DNA from: the human T2T-CHM13v2.0 reference genome, Homo sapiens
DNA: 64,000 nucleotides
Assembly: GCF_009914755.1 (NCBI RefSeq)
Contig: NC_060934.1
Direction: 5' to 3' (one strand)
Within the stretch, counting starts at the first letter, position 1, and each line of letters opens with the position of its first letter. The translations under genes were made by a program, and so were the position numbers. Under the pieces are notes generated by a model. That model saw only the letters and a list, made by a program, of their open reading frames with translations, had not been told where the DNA came from and ran no database searches. Shown here piece after piece: positions 12,180 to 25,197 of the stretch.

Positions 12180-12950
12180 AGTAGTAGAGTTTTTTATAGA
12201 AAGTTAGAAGTACAGAAATTTGGACAGAAAGAAAAACATACATTGTTCTAATCCAACAAACAACTAATAATTTTTCTGTATTTATATTCACTCTTTTTTT
12301 CTATATATGTTTTATTTGTTTATTTAACATAATTGGATTTTCTAATGTTATATTTAAATTACTTCATAAATATTATTTTCAAGGACTGTAAATTATTTAA
12401 TTATGTGAATGTACCATAGTTTACTTATTTATTTCTTTCATGACATTAGCTTTTTTGCTGTTGTAAATAATGACCCTGTTAACTTCTCTGTTACATATTT
12501 TTACATCCTTTGATTTATTTTGTTGGGACAAATCCACAGAATTGGAATTACTAGGACAAATAGAAAAGATGTTTATAAGAAATAGTATACTACATTGCCA
12601 AATTGCTATCCCCAGCAATACCTGAAAATGATGGTTCCACATGGCCTATTATGGGATTTATCTTTGTATATTGCTAATTTAAAAAACCTTTAAAATATTC
12701 TCTGTTAATATAGAATATCTAACTACATATTTATTAGTAAATATATACATTCATCACTTTATTTGATTTTGCGTTTATTCGTGATATGGAAATTTGCCTA
12801 AAAATCTGAGATTACTCATGATAGTGCATGATTTTTGAATTATCTCCTTATGTCAGTTGCCAATTTAATATTTGTCTTATTGATTTCCATGAATATTTTT
12901 TATCTTAACAATACTAGATATATAATCTTCTTAACATATCTTATTATTTA
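12180..12950 (-). mobile_element. ancient L1ME-type fragment
   Basis: ATGTACCATAGTTTACTTA...AGAATTGGAATTACTAGG...TTGCCAAATTGC, typical of antisense L1M 3' regions. Confidence 0.6.
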
Positions 12951-13829
12951 TTATCAGGAGAAATAGTAGGTGGCTGCCCAGTTCTCCTTAACTCATCTTC
13001 AGCTGAATATGTGGCTATCTTTTTACCCTCTCATATTTTCTTATAACTGAATTGTCCACTGACTATAATTAAAATCTCCCTTTTGGATGGACTCTCAAGC
13101 TTAGTAGTAGCCAACTCTTCATGAGGTGAGGCATAGGTACAGACTTTTCAACTTTTAGCAAATATACTTAGTAATCTGTTGGTTGTTTCTTAAAAAATGA
13201 CATAGTTTCAGAATTTTATTTTTAAGTCCTTCTGTCTGCATGTAAAATGTTTCATCCAAAACAACTTTGGAACTGTCAGAGAGGTACTGAACTGTGGCTG
13301 AATTTCTGTGTAAAGTGAAATCTAAGAAATAATTGGCACTTCATAGAAATTTGTGTTTAGAACCACAATTTACATCGTTTCTACTTCAGTCATTTTCCAA
13401 TATTTTTTCACAGATTACTGTTCTAAGACCTAGGAATGTTTTCTCAGAATTCTCCCATGGAGGTGCTGCTTTTCATGATTACCTATCCTGGTGTGAAGCC
13501 GAGAAGAAATTGGTAGAGACTGTGGTCCAAGCAGTTAGTTGAGCTCCTATGAGTGGTTTCAGTATAGGTATTTTTCTACCTACTGTTGGTGTAGCTAGGT
13601 TTCCAAATGTCACAATGTTAAGCAAATATCTCCAAGGTCATATGTGGCTTTCACACGTTGAGGATTCTTTTTGGACTATTGCCCTTCTTCAATCCTGGCC
13701 TATTTTGATGTTTAGGAGAGCATGTCTTAAAGATTTTGGCTTCTAGGATTTCAAATGCACCAGGACACACACTGAATAACTTTACTACCAGATAGTATTA
13801 CAAGAAATGTCTTCTCAGTTTAAAAGGTA

Positions 13830-14075
13830 TCACTCATTCATTCATTAATTCAACAAATAATATTGCCAGCCTAGGGGAGGAATTGTGCCTGCATTTGAAT
13901 TTCAGTTATTTAGCAACTGTGTGTATTGGGCTAAATCAATTTGATCTTCTCAATTTTTCTTATCTATGTTGCATTATTTCTACTACAACGACCATAAGCT
14001 AAGCATGGTGCTAGGCACAGAGCATATTTTAGTGAATAAAGCAAGCACAGTCCTTGCATGGGGTTCATGGGGTTA
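13830..14075 (-). mobile_element. L2 3' end with embedded MIR fragment
   Basis: CATTCATTCATTAATTCAACAAATA and GCATGGTGCTAGGCAC...AGCACAGTCCTTGC. Confidence 0.6.
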
Positions 14076-15094
14076 AACACAAGCTGGAAAGAGACTTCTA
14101 GGCTTTGGAGAGGGTAATATAGACTGCCTAAATTTGCACCTGTCTTTCTAAAATGAATATAGGATACAAAAAAGGAATAAAATTTCTCATAGCTCATAAT
14201 TTCAACTTTAGTAGGAGAAAACTTACCAAAAACTTAATTTACATGTAGATGGATTCTGCTCAAGAATTTAAGAAGAGCTTAGAATCAGGAAATTGGGTGG
14301 AACTGAAGAGAGGGCAGTGGAGTCTTAGTGTCAGTGTGACACTGATTTTATCAATCGAAGTTCATCCCCAAAAGGACTGAGTCCCTCCCTGAGTAGGTAA
14401 ATATGATGTGGAGTTTCAGTAACCTGGCAGATAAGAGCCCTGGCAACTGGTGAGTCTGAGGAAAGAGGTTTAGAAAGTGAGCAGCAACTGTGGTGGCTCT
14501 CATGGGAAGGCATCATTTCTGGGGGAAAAGAATGTATCATGGAACATGGAAATGTCTCTGTGTGGCTTGGAAGTAAAGGGAAAGAAAGCTGCTGAAGATA
14601 AGAGCCACGATATCCTATGAAAAAACAAAACAAAACAGTGATTCAGAAAAACACACACACACACAGACAAATTCTTAAAGAAACTGAGCATCACTGCAGC
14701 CATAGAAGAAGGCACTCTTAAACCAAGACATTAAGTATAATAGCCAATCTCTGACATTACTGCTGGTCTAGGAAAATCCAACATAAACAAAGACACCAAT
14801 AACAAAATGACCCAGCACCCCTATAAGGTTATTATACATGATAAAAGAAGTGGTTACAGAAAACTCAAACCCTTAAATACTTACAAAGATGAGAAATGCC
14901 AATACATGAATTAAACATCCAAATCAGATAGATAAAAGATTAAGCTCAAAGAAAGCAGAGAAAATGTCAAAAAAAAAAAAAAAAAAAGCAAAGGAAAACA
15001 GAAAAACATGAGCACGAATAAACAAATAATTAAATATCATAAATTAATTTTATATGTAATAATGACTTTGTGGTCTTGTCTTTAAAAACTGTCC

Positions 15095-15725
15095 TGGAGC
15101 TCTCTTACATTACTAGTTGAAGGCAAAAAAACGATCCGTCCACTTCAGAAAAGAGTTAGTTAGTTCCTTAGAAAGTTAAACACACACTTATCGTAAGACC
15201 TGTCAATCCCGCTCTTTGGTATTTACCCAAGATCATTGAAAATTATGTTCATACAAAACATCAAATACAAATGTTTATAATGGGTCTTTTTTGTAATTAC
15301 CAAAAACTAAAAACAATCCAGTTCTTCAACTGATAAATATCCAAACTGTGACACATCCATAAAACTGTATTCCCACACAACAATTAAAACGGATAAGCTA
15401 TTGATAGATGCAACAGCATGAATGAAGCTCAAAAGCATTGTGCTAGGTGAAAGAAGCCAGATTCAAAAGACTACTGTATGATTCTATTCACGTGGCATTC
15501 TAGAAAGGCCAAACTACTGGAAGAGAAAACAGATGAGTTGTCCTGGAGCAGGAGGAAGATTGAGTACTAAGGGGCATAAGGGAATTTTTTGGGGATGATG
15601 GAAATGTTGTATGTCCTAATTTGAATGATGTTTACATGATGTATACATGGCTCAAAAGATGGAACTGAACATCAAAAGGGCAAATTTTACAGCATGTGAA
15701 TTATACATCAATAAATCTGACTAAA
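15095..15725 (+). mobile_element. L1MC/MD/ME-type 3' end
   Basis: GGTATTTACCCAAGA...GCTAGGTGAAAGAAGCCAGATTCAAAAG...GGGGATGATGGAAATGTT...AATTATACATCAATAAA. Confidence 0.85.
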
Positions 15726-16580
15726 ACAGTCTTACAGATTTATAAGAATTTTAGAGATTCTTGCTAAAACTTTTACAAGTAAAATAATATTTGATATTTT
15801 CTTCAGGATAACCTGATGGTTTGGATAAAATAGGTAGAGAAATACATAAAATGAGATTGCCCAAGAGTTGCAATTGTAGAAACTAGAGCTTATTATATTG
15901 TACACTTCAGTATTTTATCTATTTGGTATTCTTTATAGTAAACAATATTTTAAATATATAAAGTTAAAAGTAATTGGAAATTAGTCAACATAGAATAAAA
16001 ATTTGATTTCCTATATTATTCTGATGGAAAAGCAAATCTTGGCAGATTTTGCAGGAAACCGTTATGTGGCCATCACTGGAAAAAAATCTGGCTTGAAAGT
16101 CTAAAAGTTTGAAAGTCTAATTTGGAATTTTATAAAGTAGATCTGTTCTATGGGAATTCCATATTAAACAAAATTAAACTGCAGTTTCTCAGACAGGTTA
16201 ATATACTACTGTGGTTATACAACGTTGCCCAAATTTATTTGTATATAGAATTCCCTTTTTTCTCAAAACATTTGCAGAAATAATGTTACATAGAACATAC
16301 TTGAGATTCCATATCATTTTCAAGACTGACAGTATATACTTGTAGTAGCCTAGGTGCCAAGAGGCAACTTAATACTGGGATCAAAACTTGGTGCTTCATG
16401 TGTTAGAGTAATGCTAGTTCCTATAACCTAATTCCCTGAAGTAAAGTGGCTTAACATAATAGAAGTGATTTCTCCCCCATATATCTGTCCAGTGAAAGTA
16501 TTTTGGATGGGAATTCACTTTCCCTCATGCAGTGCTTCAGGAATTGGAGCTCTATCTTATCCCTTTTCCATCCTCTAGAG

Positions 16581-17122
16581 CAGCAGTCCCTGAGCTTTTT
16601 GGCACCAGGGACTGGTTTCGTGGAAGACAATTTTTCCATGGACCAGGGGCAAGGGATGGTTTCGGGATGATTCAAGCACATTACATTTATTATGCACTTT
16701 ATTTCTATTATTATTACATTGTAATATATAATGAAATAATTATACAACTCACCATAATGTAGAATCAGTGGGAGTGTAGAATCAGTGGGAGCCCTTCGCT
16801 TGTTTTCCTGCAACTAAATGGTCCCATCTGGGGGTGATGGGACACAGTGACAGATCATCAGGCATTAGATTCTCGTAAGAAGCACACAACCTAAATCCCT
16901 CACATACAGTTCACAATACAGTTTGCATTCCTATGAGAATATAATGCCCGTCACTGATCTGACAGGAGGTGGAGCTCAGGTGGTAATGAGAGTGATAGAA
17001 ACAGGCTGTAAATACAGATGAAGCTTCTCTCATGCACCCACAGCTCACCTCCTGCTGTGCAGGCCAGTTCCTAACAGGCCATGGACTGGTAGCGGTTTGT
17101 GATCTGGGGTTAGTGATCGCTG
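16581..17122 (+). mobile_element. MER1A (hAT-Charlie3 MITE), full length, with 8-bp TSD
   Basis: CAGCAGTCCC...TTTTTGGCACCAGGGACTGGTTTCGTGGAAGACAATTTTTCCATGGAC...GATCGCTG. TSD is CTCTAGAG (16573-16580) and CTTTAGAG (17123-17130). Confidence 0.92.
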
Positions 17123-17341
17123 CTTTAGAGGTTTAGGTGCTTCTTCATCTAACCATCCTGAAGGAAGAATGAATGGAAAAGGCACATTGACACCTTAATC
17201 ACCTTCAACCAGAAGACACATACATCACTTCTGCTCCCATTCCATTGATGATCATTCGTCTCATGGCCTATTTAGATACAACCAAATCTGAGAAATGTAG
17301 TTACTGGCTGGGCAGTTATTTTGCATGACAGGAGCACATGA

Positions 17342-17647
<306 letters not shown>

Positions 17648-17699
17648 CTGAAAACATGAATTTTTAATGCACAGTTAGCTGTCTCTACTATGGGCTACA

Positions 17700-17885
17700 G
17701 TACTTTTGAATATTGCATAAGTGCATGTAGACGTTTCAAGGAATTCAGTGATTCCACCAGAGAGTATGATTCAAATAATCTGAAATGGGGCCCTGCCATC
17801 AATATCTTAAAAGCTTGCAAATAATTATATTGTTCAGAAGCTCCCAGATAATTATATAGTTTGACTTGAGAACCATAGAAAACAG
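17700..17885. mobile_element. MER5A-like relic
   Basis: TGATTCAAATAATCTGAAATGGGGCCC...AAGCTCCCAGATAATT...TTGAGAACCA. Confidence 0.45.
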
Positions 17886-17964
17886 CCACTGATTATTACT
17901 GTAGAAAAATAATTTCTTTATTGCCAATCCTGAGCTACTTTTTCAGAGAGATTAAGCATATTGC

Positions 17965-18395
17965 CTTACAGAAGATTGGGTTCTTCAGGAAGCAGAATCA
18001 TAGCTGGTACTTAGCATGTAGGGTGTTTATTGAGGAGAATCAGCCCCTGTGGCAGGAAGTGAGGTGGGGGAAGCAGGATTGATTGGGCAGAGTGGCAGTT
18101 TGAGCTGTAATGCAGGCCCTGCATCATACTTTAGAGATAAAAGAGCTCATCAGTTTTCCTCTTTGGGGAAGAAATAGCTAGGTCTTCATAACCCTGCTTC
18201 CATCTGTCGTAGAGTAGATTTACCCAAAGAGGGCACATCCTTGGGTGAAGCTGCTCACTTTAGCTAAGGTAATTTCTGAAAGCCTGATGTTGAAGGTGGC
18301 TTACGTACAGCACACTCAGCAACTGGGGTAGAAGACTTTCCTTTAAGGAGATGCTTTAAAGAGGAAACAAAGTAGCACATTTCCATGTTCATCAC
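17965..18395 (-). mobile_element. LTR16-family ERVL LTR
   Basis: TTGGGTTCTTCAGGAAGCAGA...TTTATTGAGGAG...GAAGCAGGATTG...GGGCAGAG...TTGAGCTGTAATGCAG. Confidence 0.6.
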
Positions 18396-18429
18396 AAGCT
18401 TAAAGTCCTTCACTAGTAGGCAAGAGAAT

Positions 18430-18545
18430 GGGCTCTAGAATAAGATTACTTGTGTTCAGAGCCACACCGTTTACTAAATGTGTGACTTTGGAAAAGATGA
18501 TTTCAGCTCTTTCAAACTTAAGTTTCCCCATGTAGAAAACAAGAT
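18430..18545 (+). mobile_element. MIR
   Basis: TTTACTAAATGTGTGACTTTGGAAAAG...AGTTTCCCCATGTAGAAAA core. Confidence 0.65.
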
Positions 18546-19034
18546 ATCTTTTTAAAAGATCATCATGATAACTAAATATAATACATATAAAATATATACA
18601 TTGATTGGTGCTACTTCTTCTTCCCAATTATTTTTATCCTCATGGTTATAACACATCAAGAAAGAACATGTCAGCAGCCTCTGCAATATGTGTATTTTCC
18701 AGTCAGAATCAAATTCCTTCCAAGTCTTGTTCAGGGACCTTACAGTTGGTTGTTCAATCAAAATTCTTATCTGCCTTGTCTGTTCTACGAGTCTTTACAG
18801 TACCATAGAATTTTTGTGACTGCAGGTCCTGCAATTGTTTAAGCAGCTTCTGGCAGAAGTGCTCCTTCATAGCTTATTCAGAAAGGAGACATTTTTTTTT
18901 CTCTGCTGAACATTTAAAACATATTAGATATGTTTGAATGATTTTCCAGCACAGCTAACAGTAATTCGCTAACATTTGCTCAGAGTGCCAAATGATTCTG
19001 TTCATTGGGCTATTGTCCTGAAATCTTTATTTTA

Positions 19035-19076
19035 GTCTGTGGCCATACCACCCTGAGCGTGCCTGATCTTGTCTGA
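19035..19076 (+). pseudogene. 5S rRNA 5' fragment (nt 1-42), tailless retropseudogene
   Basis: GTCTGTGGCCATACCACCCTGAGCGTGCCTGATCTTGTCTGA against 5S GTCTACGGCCATACCACCCTGAACGCGCCCGATCTCGTCTGA. Differences are mostly CpG decay. Flanked by direct repeats starting AAATCTTT. Confidence 0.9.
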
Positions 19077-19669
19077 AATCTTTGTTATTTGGGACATTAA
19101 TAGGTCAGATGAAACAATTAGGAGCATTGTTTCCAGGAAGCCCTGGATGAAATATCCATGTGAAATCTTGGGACAGCTCTCCAATTTCCTCCCTCTGAAG
19201 CTTCAGGATAGATCAGTTTGTTGCATTAATTAGCTGACATCTTAGGCTTGGAGGGGCTAAGGTATAGGACAGGAGCTTTGCAATCATTTGTGGTAACATG
19301 ATAAGTAAAAAGGATGGATGAAGGGCTGCCCAGAGTTCTGGTTCTGCCTGTAGACTCACAGACTGCAGGTAGAGAGGGTGAGAGGCCAAGTGGGAGAAAG
19401 GGGACCACATTTCAAAGGGGTCCCCAAAAGCATACCTTATCGATTTTTGACTTAGTTTTCTTAATGTTTGAAAAACATTTGAAGAAATTGATCAAAAGGA
19501 GAACAATTCAAACAATACAAAAGTGTAGACAATGAAACATATTTTTCCCTCCTATCCCTTACTCCATTTCACTATTCCCTTCCCCAGAGGTGAACACGGA
19601 CACAAACTTCCTGATTATTCTTCCAGAGCTCTTCTCTAAAGATAAGCAGAAATGTGTACATGGATATAC

Positions 19670-19815
19670 AATGCCTACTTAGTGCTTTACCAAGGTTAAC
19701 TAAATTAATTAGATTACTACGAGGTTGACACTCTTATTATCATCCCCATTTTATAGATGAAAGCATGGAGAGGTTCAAAAAGTTGCCCAAGGATACACAA
19801 CTTGTAAAACGTGGG
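19670..19815 (-). mobile_element. MIR
   Basis: TTATCATCCCCATTTTATAGATGAAAGCATGGAGAGGTT...TTGCCCAAGGATACACA. Confidence 0.75.
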
Positions 19816-21619
19816 TGAAGAAACATACAAGTAAATATAGATAGACATAGAGATATGGATACATAAATATATTGACATAAATGTATATACACATAACATA
19901 TAGTGGATTTTATAGTGATATATCATTTGAAGGTTATTAGATGGCAGTCTTTTCATATTTTAAACCATGCATTTGTGCATTTCCTTAAAGGTCATCTGTG
20001 CAGATCATGCATTGCACAATGCAAGGAGGGCCATTCATGTAGATTACATTGTCAATGCCATCCTTAGAGCAGTTCAACATGGCAGCAGTACTTGCTTATA
20101 TTGACCTAATTTTAAATGGAATGTCTCATCTTGTGATCAACTAGCATTTCCTTGGGCTATTTGTAATGGAGGATAAAATATAGTCCCCGTACACAGCAGT
20201 ATTACAATGTTCACACTTGTTAAAACTAGAGGAATTGTCTGATCAAGATCCCCTCCCTCCGACTTTGCCTTGGTTTTTAAGATAAGTATGATAGTAACAT
20301 GATTGAATATTTTTCTTTCCTGTTGCTTCCACCTCAACTAATTTTTCATAAAGAATGACTGCACTGTTTAAACAATGGATTCTTACATTCTTTAACGATA
20401 TGAATAATTATGAGTTGGCTCTAAAAAGATTCATTGGAAAAAATAGTATTTGAATAGATTGTCTCCCTTAGGCATTCACAGAAGGTCCAAATCTATGTGC
20501 AGTGCACTCCCAATGTTCTGGAGCCAGAGGGAATAGGAATTCTATTCTTTATGCTCTGGGAAAGGGTCCCAGCCACACATGATGATCTGCAGCCAGTGAC
20601 ACCTGCATGCCCTTGAGCAGCTCTTCCAAGAATAATATAGTTTTGCCTCCCAACAAAATAGTTATTTTTTTTAACCCAGAATACTCCTGGAATATAAATC
20701 ATCCAGATGACTGAAACTTATTTTTTGATGGCATGACAGATCACTGGGTATTAGATCCTTGAAGATATGTTATTTTTTTTAGAATTGCCTTTAAAATATC
20801 GCTCACCCTGTCACAACAGATCCAAGTTTTATAATCCTGTAGCTAGTATTCTAAATTGTTGAAGTCAACACTAACTAGGATGCCCACTATTAATGATTGA
20901 AATAGACTATCGTTTTTTTAAGTGTGTTTGAAATTATTTATTTCAATTGCTTATTTTGATGAATTGCATTAAACTCACCAGAATTTATCACAAAGTGGCT
21001 ACAGCTAATATTTATCTACCATGTATACAGGAGTTTTTCTATTCTTTAAGACACAACTCATTTTGTTTTAGTTATACTGGTCCAGAACACACTTGTCTAT
21101 TTGCATTTGTATGTAAAGGTCTTCATGTTGTTTTCATTATGGAGCATTTTCATGCCCCTGTAACTGAGACAAGAACAGAAAAGAGTTGGCCTTTTATCCT
21201 ATAACCTCATTTCTGCTCCTCAACATAATCAGTTGAGTTCTATATTTGTCAATTTGGTTTTCTCGGCCACCATAATGGTTAATTACTAAATCAGAATTGA
21301 TCACCAAGTGGCCTGATGCTGTTATCTTAGCAACCCTGCATGCCTTCTAGTTCTTTTAATCATTTAAATGACTAGATCAGATTAGCCATTTGCCATTTGA
21401 TCAGTAGCACAGTCACCAGTATAAGACAGACTAATCTTATTGTGCACTAAGGCAAAGTCTTAGTGGGGGAAATGGTTGTTTAATGAATATATAAAAATAT
21501 TTATCTGGGCATAACAAAATATTTGCAAATCTAGTGTCTAATATTGAAGCAATTTTATTTTTTCTAATCAAATGAGAAAAATGCTGGCTTAAATGGATAC
21601 CAGGTACCACACCACAGAA

Positions 21620-21910
21620 AATTCATTAATCAACAAACATAATTAAGAACTAAGTAAGTTTTCATGTGTTGGACACTGGAGATATAGTGGAAATAATCCA
21701 TAGCCTCTGTCACAAGAAATAAATCATAGACTCTTGAAAGAGATACATTGATAAGGTAATAATTTTAATAGAGCATGGTGAATGCAAACATTGTGTGATG
21801 ACTAGAAGAAAAAGTGAATTTTTCTTTCTACTTGGAGAAGCCAAAAAATATACAAAGTGAGGAAGTTAAGTTGAATAGGTTCCTAAGAATTATTAGGCAT
21901 ACTCAAGGTA
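21620..21910 (-). mobile_element. L2 3' end relic
   Basis: TTCATTAATCAACAAACAT...GGACACTGGAGATATAGTGG. Confidence 0.55.
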
Positions 21911-22042
21911 TTTCAAGAATAACATCATAGGCAGGGGAAAAGCACAAGATGGCACAGCATTTTTGTTGTTCATATTTCTTAATAGAAAGTGACGACAATC
22001 AGAAAAGCTAATTTGAGTAAAGGGGATTTTTTATTGGAAATC

Positions 22043-22555
22043 ATGGTAGACAAAATAATGGCCACACCAAGATGTCCACGTTCTAATTTCCTAAGCTTGT
22101 GACTATGTTATGCTGCACAGCAAAGGGGAACTAAAGTTGTCAATGGAATAAAGTTGCTAATCAATTGACCTTAATTAAAATAAAGACATGATCCTGGATC
22201 ATCCAGGAGGATTTGGCAAAATTGCCAGAGTTTTTACTTGGAGGAGAAGGAAGCAGAAGCATCACAACCAGAGAGATGAAATTGTTAGAGACTCGACCAA
22301 CCACTGTTGTTGGTTGTGAAGATAGAAGGGGTTCATGGTCCAAGGAATGCTGGCAATCTTCCAGAAGCTGCAAATGATAGGAAAGCAGATTCTCCCCAAG
22401 AGCCTCCAGAAAGGAACTCAAGCCTGCTGACGCCTGGATTTTAGCCCAGTGACACCTGTTTTGGATTTCTGACTTCTAGAAATGTAAGGTAATAAATTTG
22501 TGTTTTAAACCACTAAGTTTTTGGCAATTTTAACAGCAACAATAGGATGCAAATG
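22043..22555 (+). mobile_element. MLT1D-like MaLR LTR nested in an older antisense MLT1 LTR (about 21985-22995)
   Basis: TGGTAGACAAAATAATGGCC...AAGATGTCCACGTTCTAAT...GATTCTCCCCAAGAGCCTCCAGAAAGGAAC...ACAGCAACAATAGG. Confidence 0.82.
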
Positions 22556-24004
22556 CAGAAATTTACTGAAGTTGTTAATGTAATTCAAAGAAAAACTGTG
22601 CAATCAAGACTCAAGAAGGGAAAGTATGACTGGACCCAGGTTGTAACATCATCAGAATGCTCCATCGTCTGTCTTCCTCTAGATCTATTGGCTTCATTCT
22701 CTGAGAGTAGCTTTCCCCATGGGGTGGGGGATCTGGCCACCAGCTGCCCCAGATTCCTATAATGATGGCTTTCCAATCAAAGAGAAAATAAGTTTCTCCA
22801 TATTGGCTCCAATTAAAAAAAATGCCATGAAAAAAATTTATTGTTCCATTTTGGGTCAAAAGTCCAACTTTTGAACTACATTCATGGAGTGAATAATACT
22901 AATTAGCCCAGCCTGCATCATGTGTCATCAATTTGGCAAATAGGGTGAGATTTGTTACCAAAAGAAAGGGGACAAGAATGTAGGGAAAATCAAAATAGAA
23001 ATACCACCTACAGCATGTTGAATGAACTACATATGGTTTATTATAGTGAGAGCATAAGTAAGTGAGGAATTCAACTCAAACTCATACAAATAGACCACAC
23101 GAGTAAGTTCCAACTCTGTGGGCTTTATATTATTTTCAGAGTTCCAGCTTAACAAAATATATGTTTATGAGTTTCCCCTCAAAAGGGGAAAGACAGATGA
23201 GTTCAATTTATGTTAGTTCCACCATCTTGTTTTCAATATACGAAATTCAGGAATTGGTCAGCTGTGTGGACGGTCAATTTAGAGAGACCGAAGCTTGGAA
23301 CTAGATTACTCTGAGCGTAGCTTTCCCCATAAGGCAGGGGATCACTACCAAGAAGTGGTAGTGCTTGGGAGCATTCATTATTGCAAGTGTATATGTACGA
23401 GACATTTTACTGGGTTACAGGAAACTTCAGTTATGAAGAAATCACTTGGGATACAAATTCTAGCATAAATGAATGGAAGAGGCAGGAGACCTGGTGTAGT
23501 AACATAGACATAAAATCAACCAGGACCTGCAGTGAGGTTAGCTTGATGCAGAGGAATTTAAGTTAGATAGGAATTCTGATGTTGTCTCTGCCAGCAGATG
23601 TGATGGGTTGATGAGCCAGGGGAGCAGGGAAGTCTGGGTGTACTTTCGGTCTGCACACAGAGGAGGTCAGTTAGAGAGAGAGAACAGGGAAGCAGAGATG
23701 TCATTATACTCTCAGTTCTGCCTATTCCCTATTCCCGTTCTCAGATTTTCCAAGTATGGAAACCAATCTTAAGCCTGATATTCATTAGGCAGTTTCTTAA
23801 AGAAAATGATTCAAGTAAACCTAGGAGAGGAACATCCAGCCAAGAGTGTGTTCACAAAAGGTCGAAATGGCAACTTTTTCCAAAATCTTAGAATTTGATC
23901 ATTGTTGACTCTGACGTCTTAGACCAGCTAGACCTGCAGTCACTCAGTAGAGTGTCTCATTCAATGAAACATGATATTATTGTCAGGAGTTATTCCAGCC
24001 CATC

Positions 24005-24460
24005 TCTATCAGTTTCCTAGAGCTGCTATAGCACAGCACCACACATTGGATGACTTAAAACAAAAGAACTTTATTGTCTCATAGTTCTGGAGGCTAGAAG
24101 TTTTAAACCATGGTGTTGGTAGAACTACGCTATGAAACCTGTGAGGAAATGCTTTCTTGCTTTTCCTAGCTTTTGCTATTGCCAGCAATCCTTGGTGGTT
24201 TGGCTTGCAGCTGCCTAAATCCAGTCTCTGCTTTCATCATCACACGGCATCCTTTCCATGTGTCTCTGTCTTCAAGTGGCCATTTTCTTATAAGGATGCT
24301 AGTCCTATTAAATTAGGAGCCCATGTTCCTCCAGTCTACCATTTTAACTTTCTTTATTATATTGTCAGTGACCCTATAAATAAGGTCATATTTTGAGAGA
24401 TCCTGGAGGTTAGAACTTCAACATATCTTTTTTTGGGGGGACATAATTCAGCCCATAACA
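24005..24460 (-). mobile_element. MLT1C-like solo LTR with 5-bp TSD CCATC
   Basis: AGTTTCCTAGAGCTGCTATA...GGGGGGACATAATTCAGCCCATAACA. CCATC at 24000-24004 and 24461-24465. Confidence 0.88.
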
Positions 24461-24707
24461 CCATCCCCTTATTTTTTTTTTAACAACTCCTGTTTAGAGT
24501 CTATATTCACCTCATTACTCATTCCTGACTCCTGATTTTCTCTTGTATGTATCACCCAGTTCTTACACTTGGGATTAGAAGTTGGCATGTTGTTTATACA
24601 GAGTTGAGACAAACAAAAGCCTCAAGGAGCTGTCTGGACATTTTTATCTAGGCCTTTGTGTTACTATGAGCTGCCTGGCATTTACAGCTATGTCTTGGTG
24701 TTCTCTG

Positions 24708-25197
24708 GTTAAACAACTTCACAGAACAGCAACATCAGACAAAGTTACTGTGAACATGATCAATCAAGACAAAAATAGGGCCACTCTATAATCATGCCTG
24801 AACACAAAGCAAAATACAAACACTATCCAAACCACACAAATGACCAAATATCTCTCTATCTTGACAATAGAAGTGACTGCTGCTTTTTTTCTTCTTTTAA
24901 CCGATTACTGCTTTGTCTTGGTCTAGGCATCCCTCCTTCTAGGTAAGATTAATTAAGGTAAATAACTAAAATTACCCTAACTTTCTAAGAGGATGTAATC
25001 CAGAGCAAAGCCTCACATCTTTAAATCCTCCCTGTCACGTAACACAACCCCAAATCTTATAGTAAATTCTTTCTAACACCCTCTTCCCGAGACACTCCAT
25101 GTTTCCATGGTGTACATTCTCACTGCAACAAGTAATAAACCCAACTTGTTCAACTATGAGTGTGTTCCTGAGGATATTTGACTGGAGGGCATTCACG
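24708..25197 (+). mobile_element. ERV1 solo LTR, MER67-like
   Basis: AAACAACTTCACAGAACAGCAACATCAGACAA...AGTAATAAACCCAACTTGTTCAACTA...GACTGGAGGGCATT. Subfamily from memory. Confidence 0.6.

Noticed and set aside
22192-22208. Inverted repeat TCCTGGAT-C-ATCCAGGA
   Set aside because: It lies in MLT1D at a position that is already partly palindromic in the family, and it is isolated.
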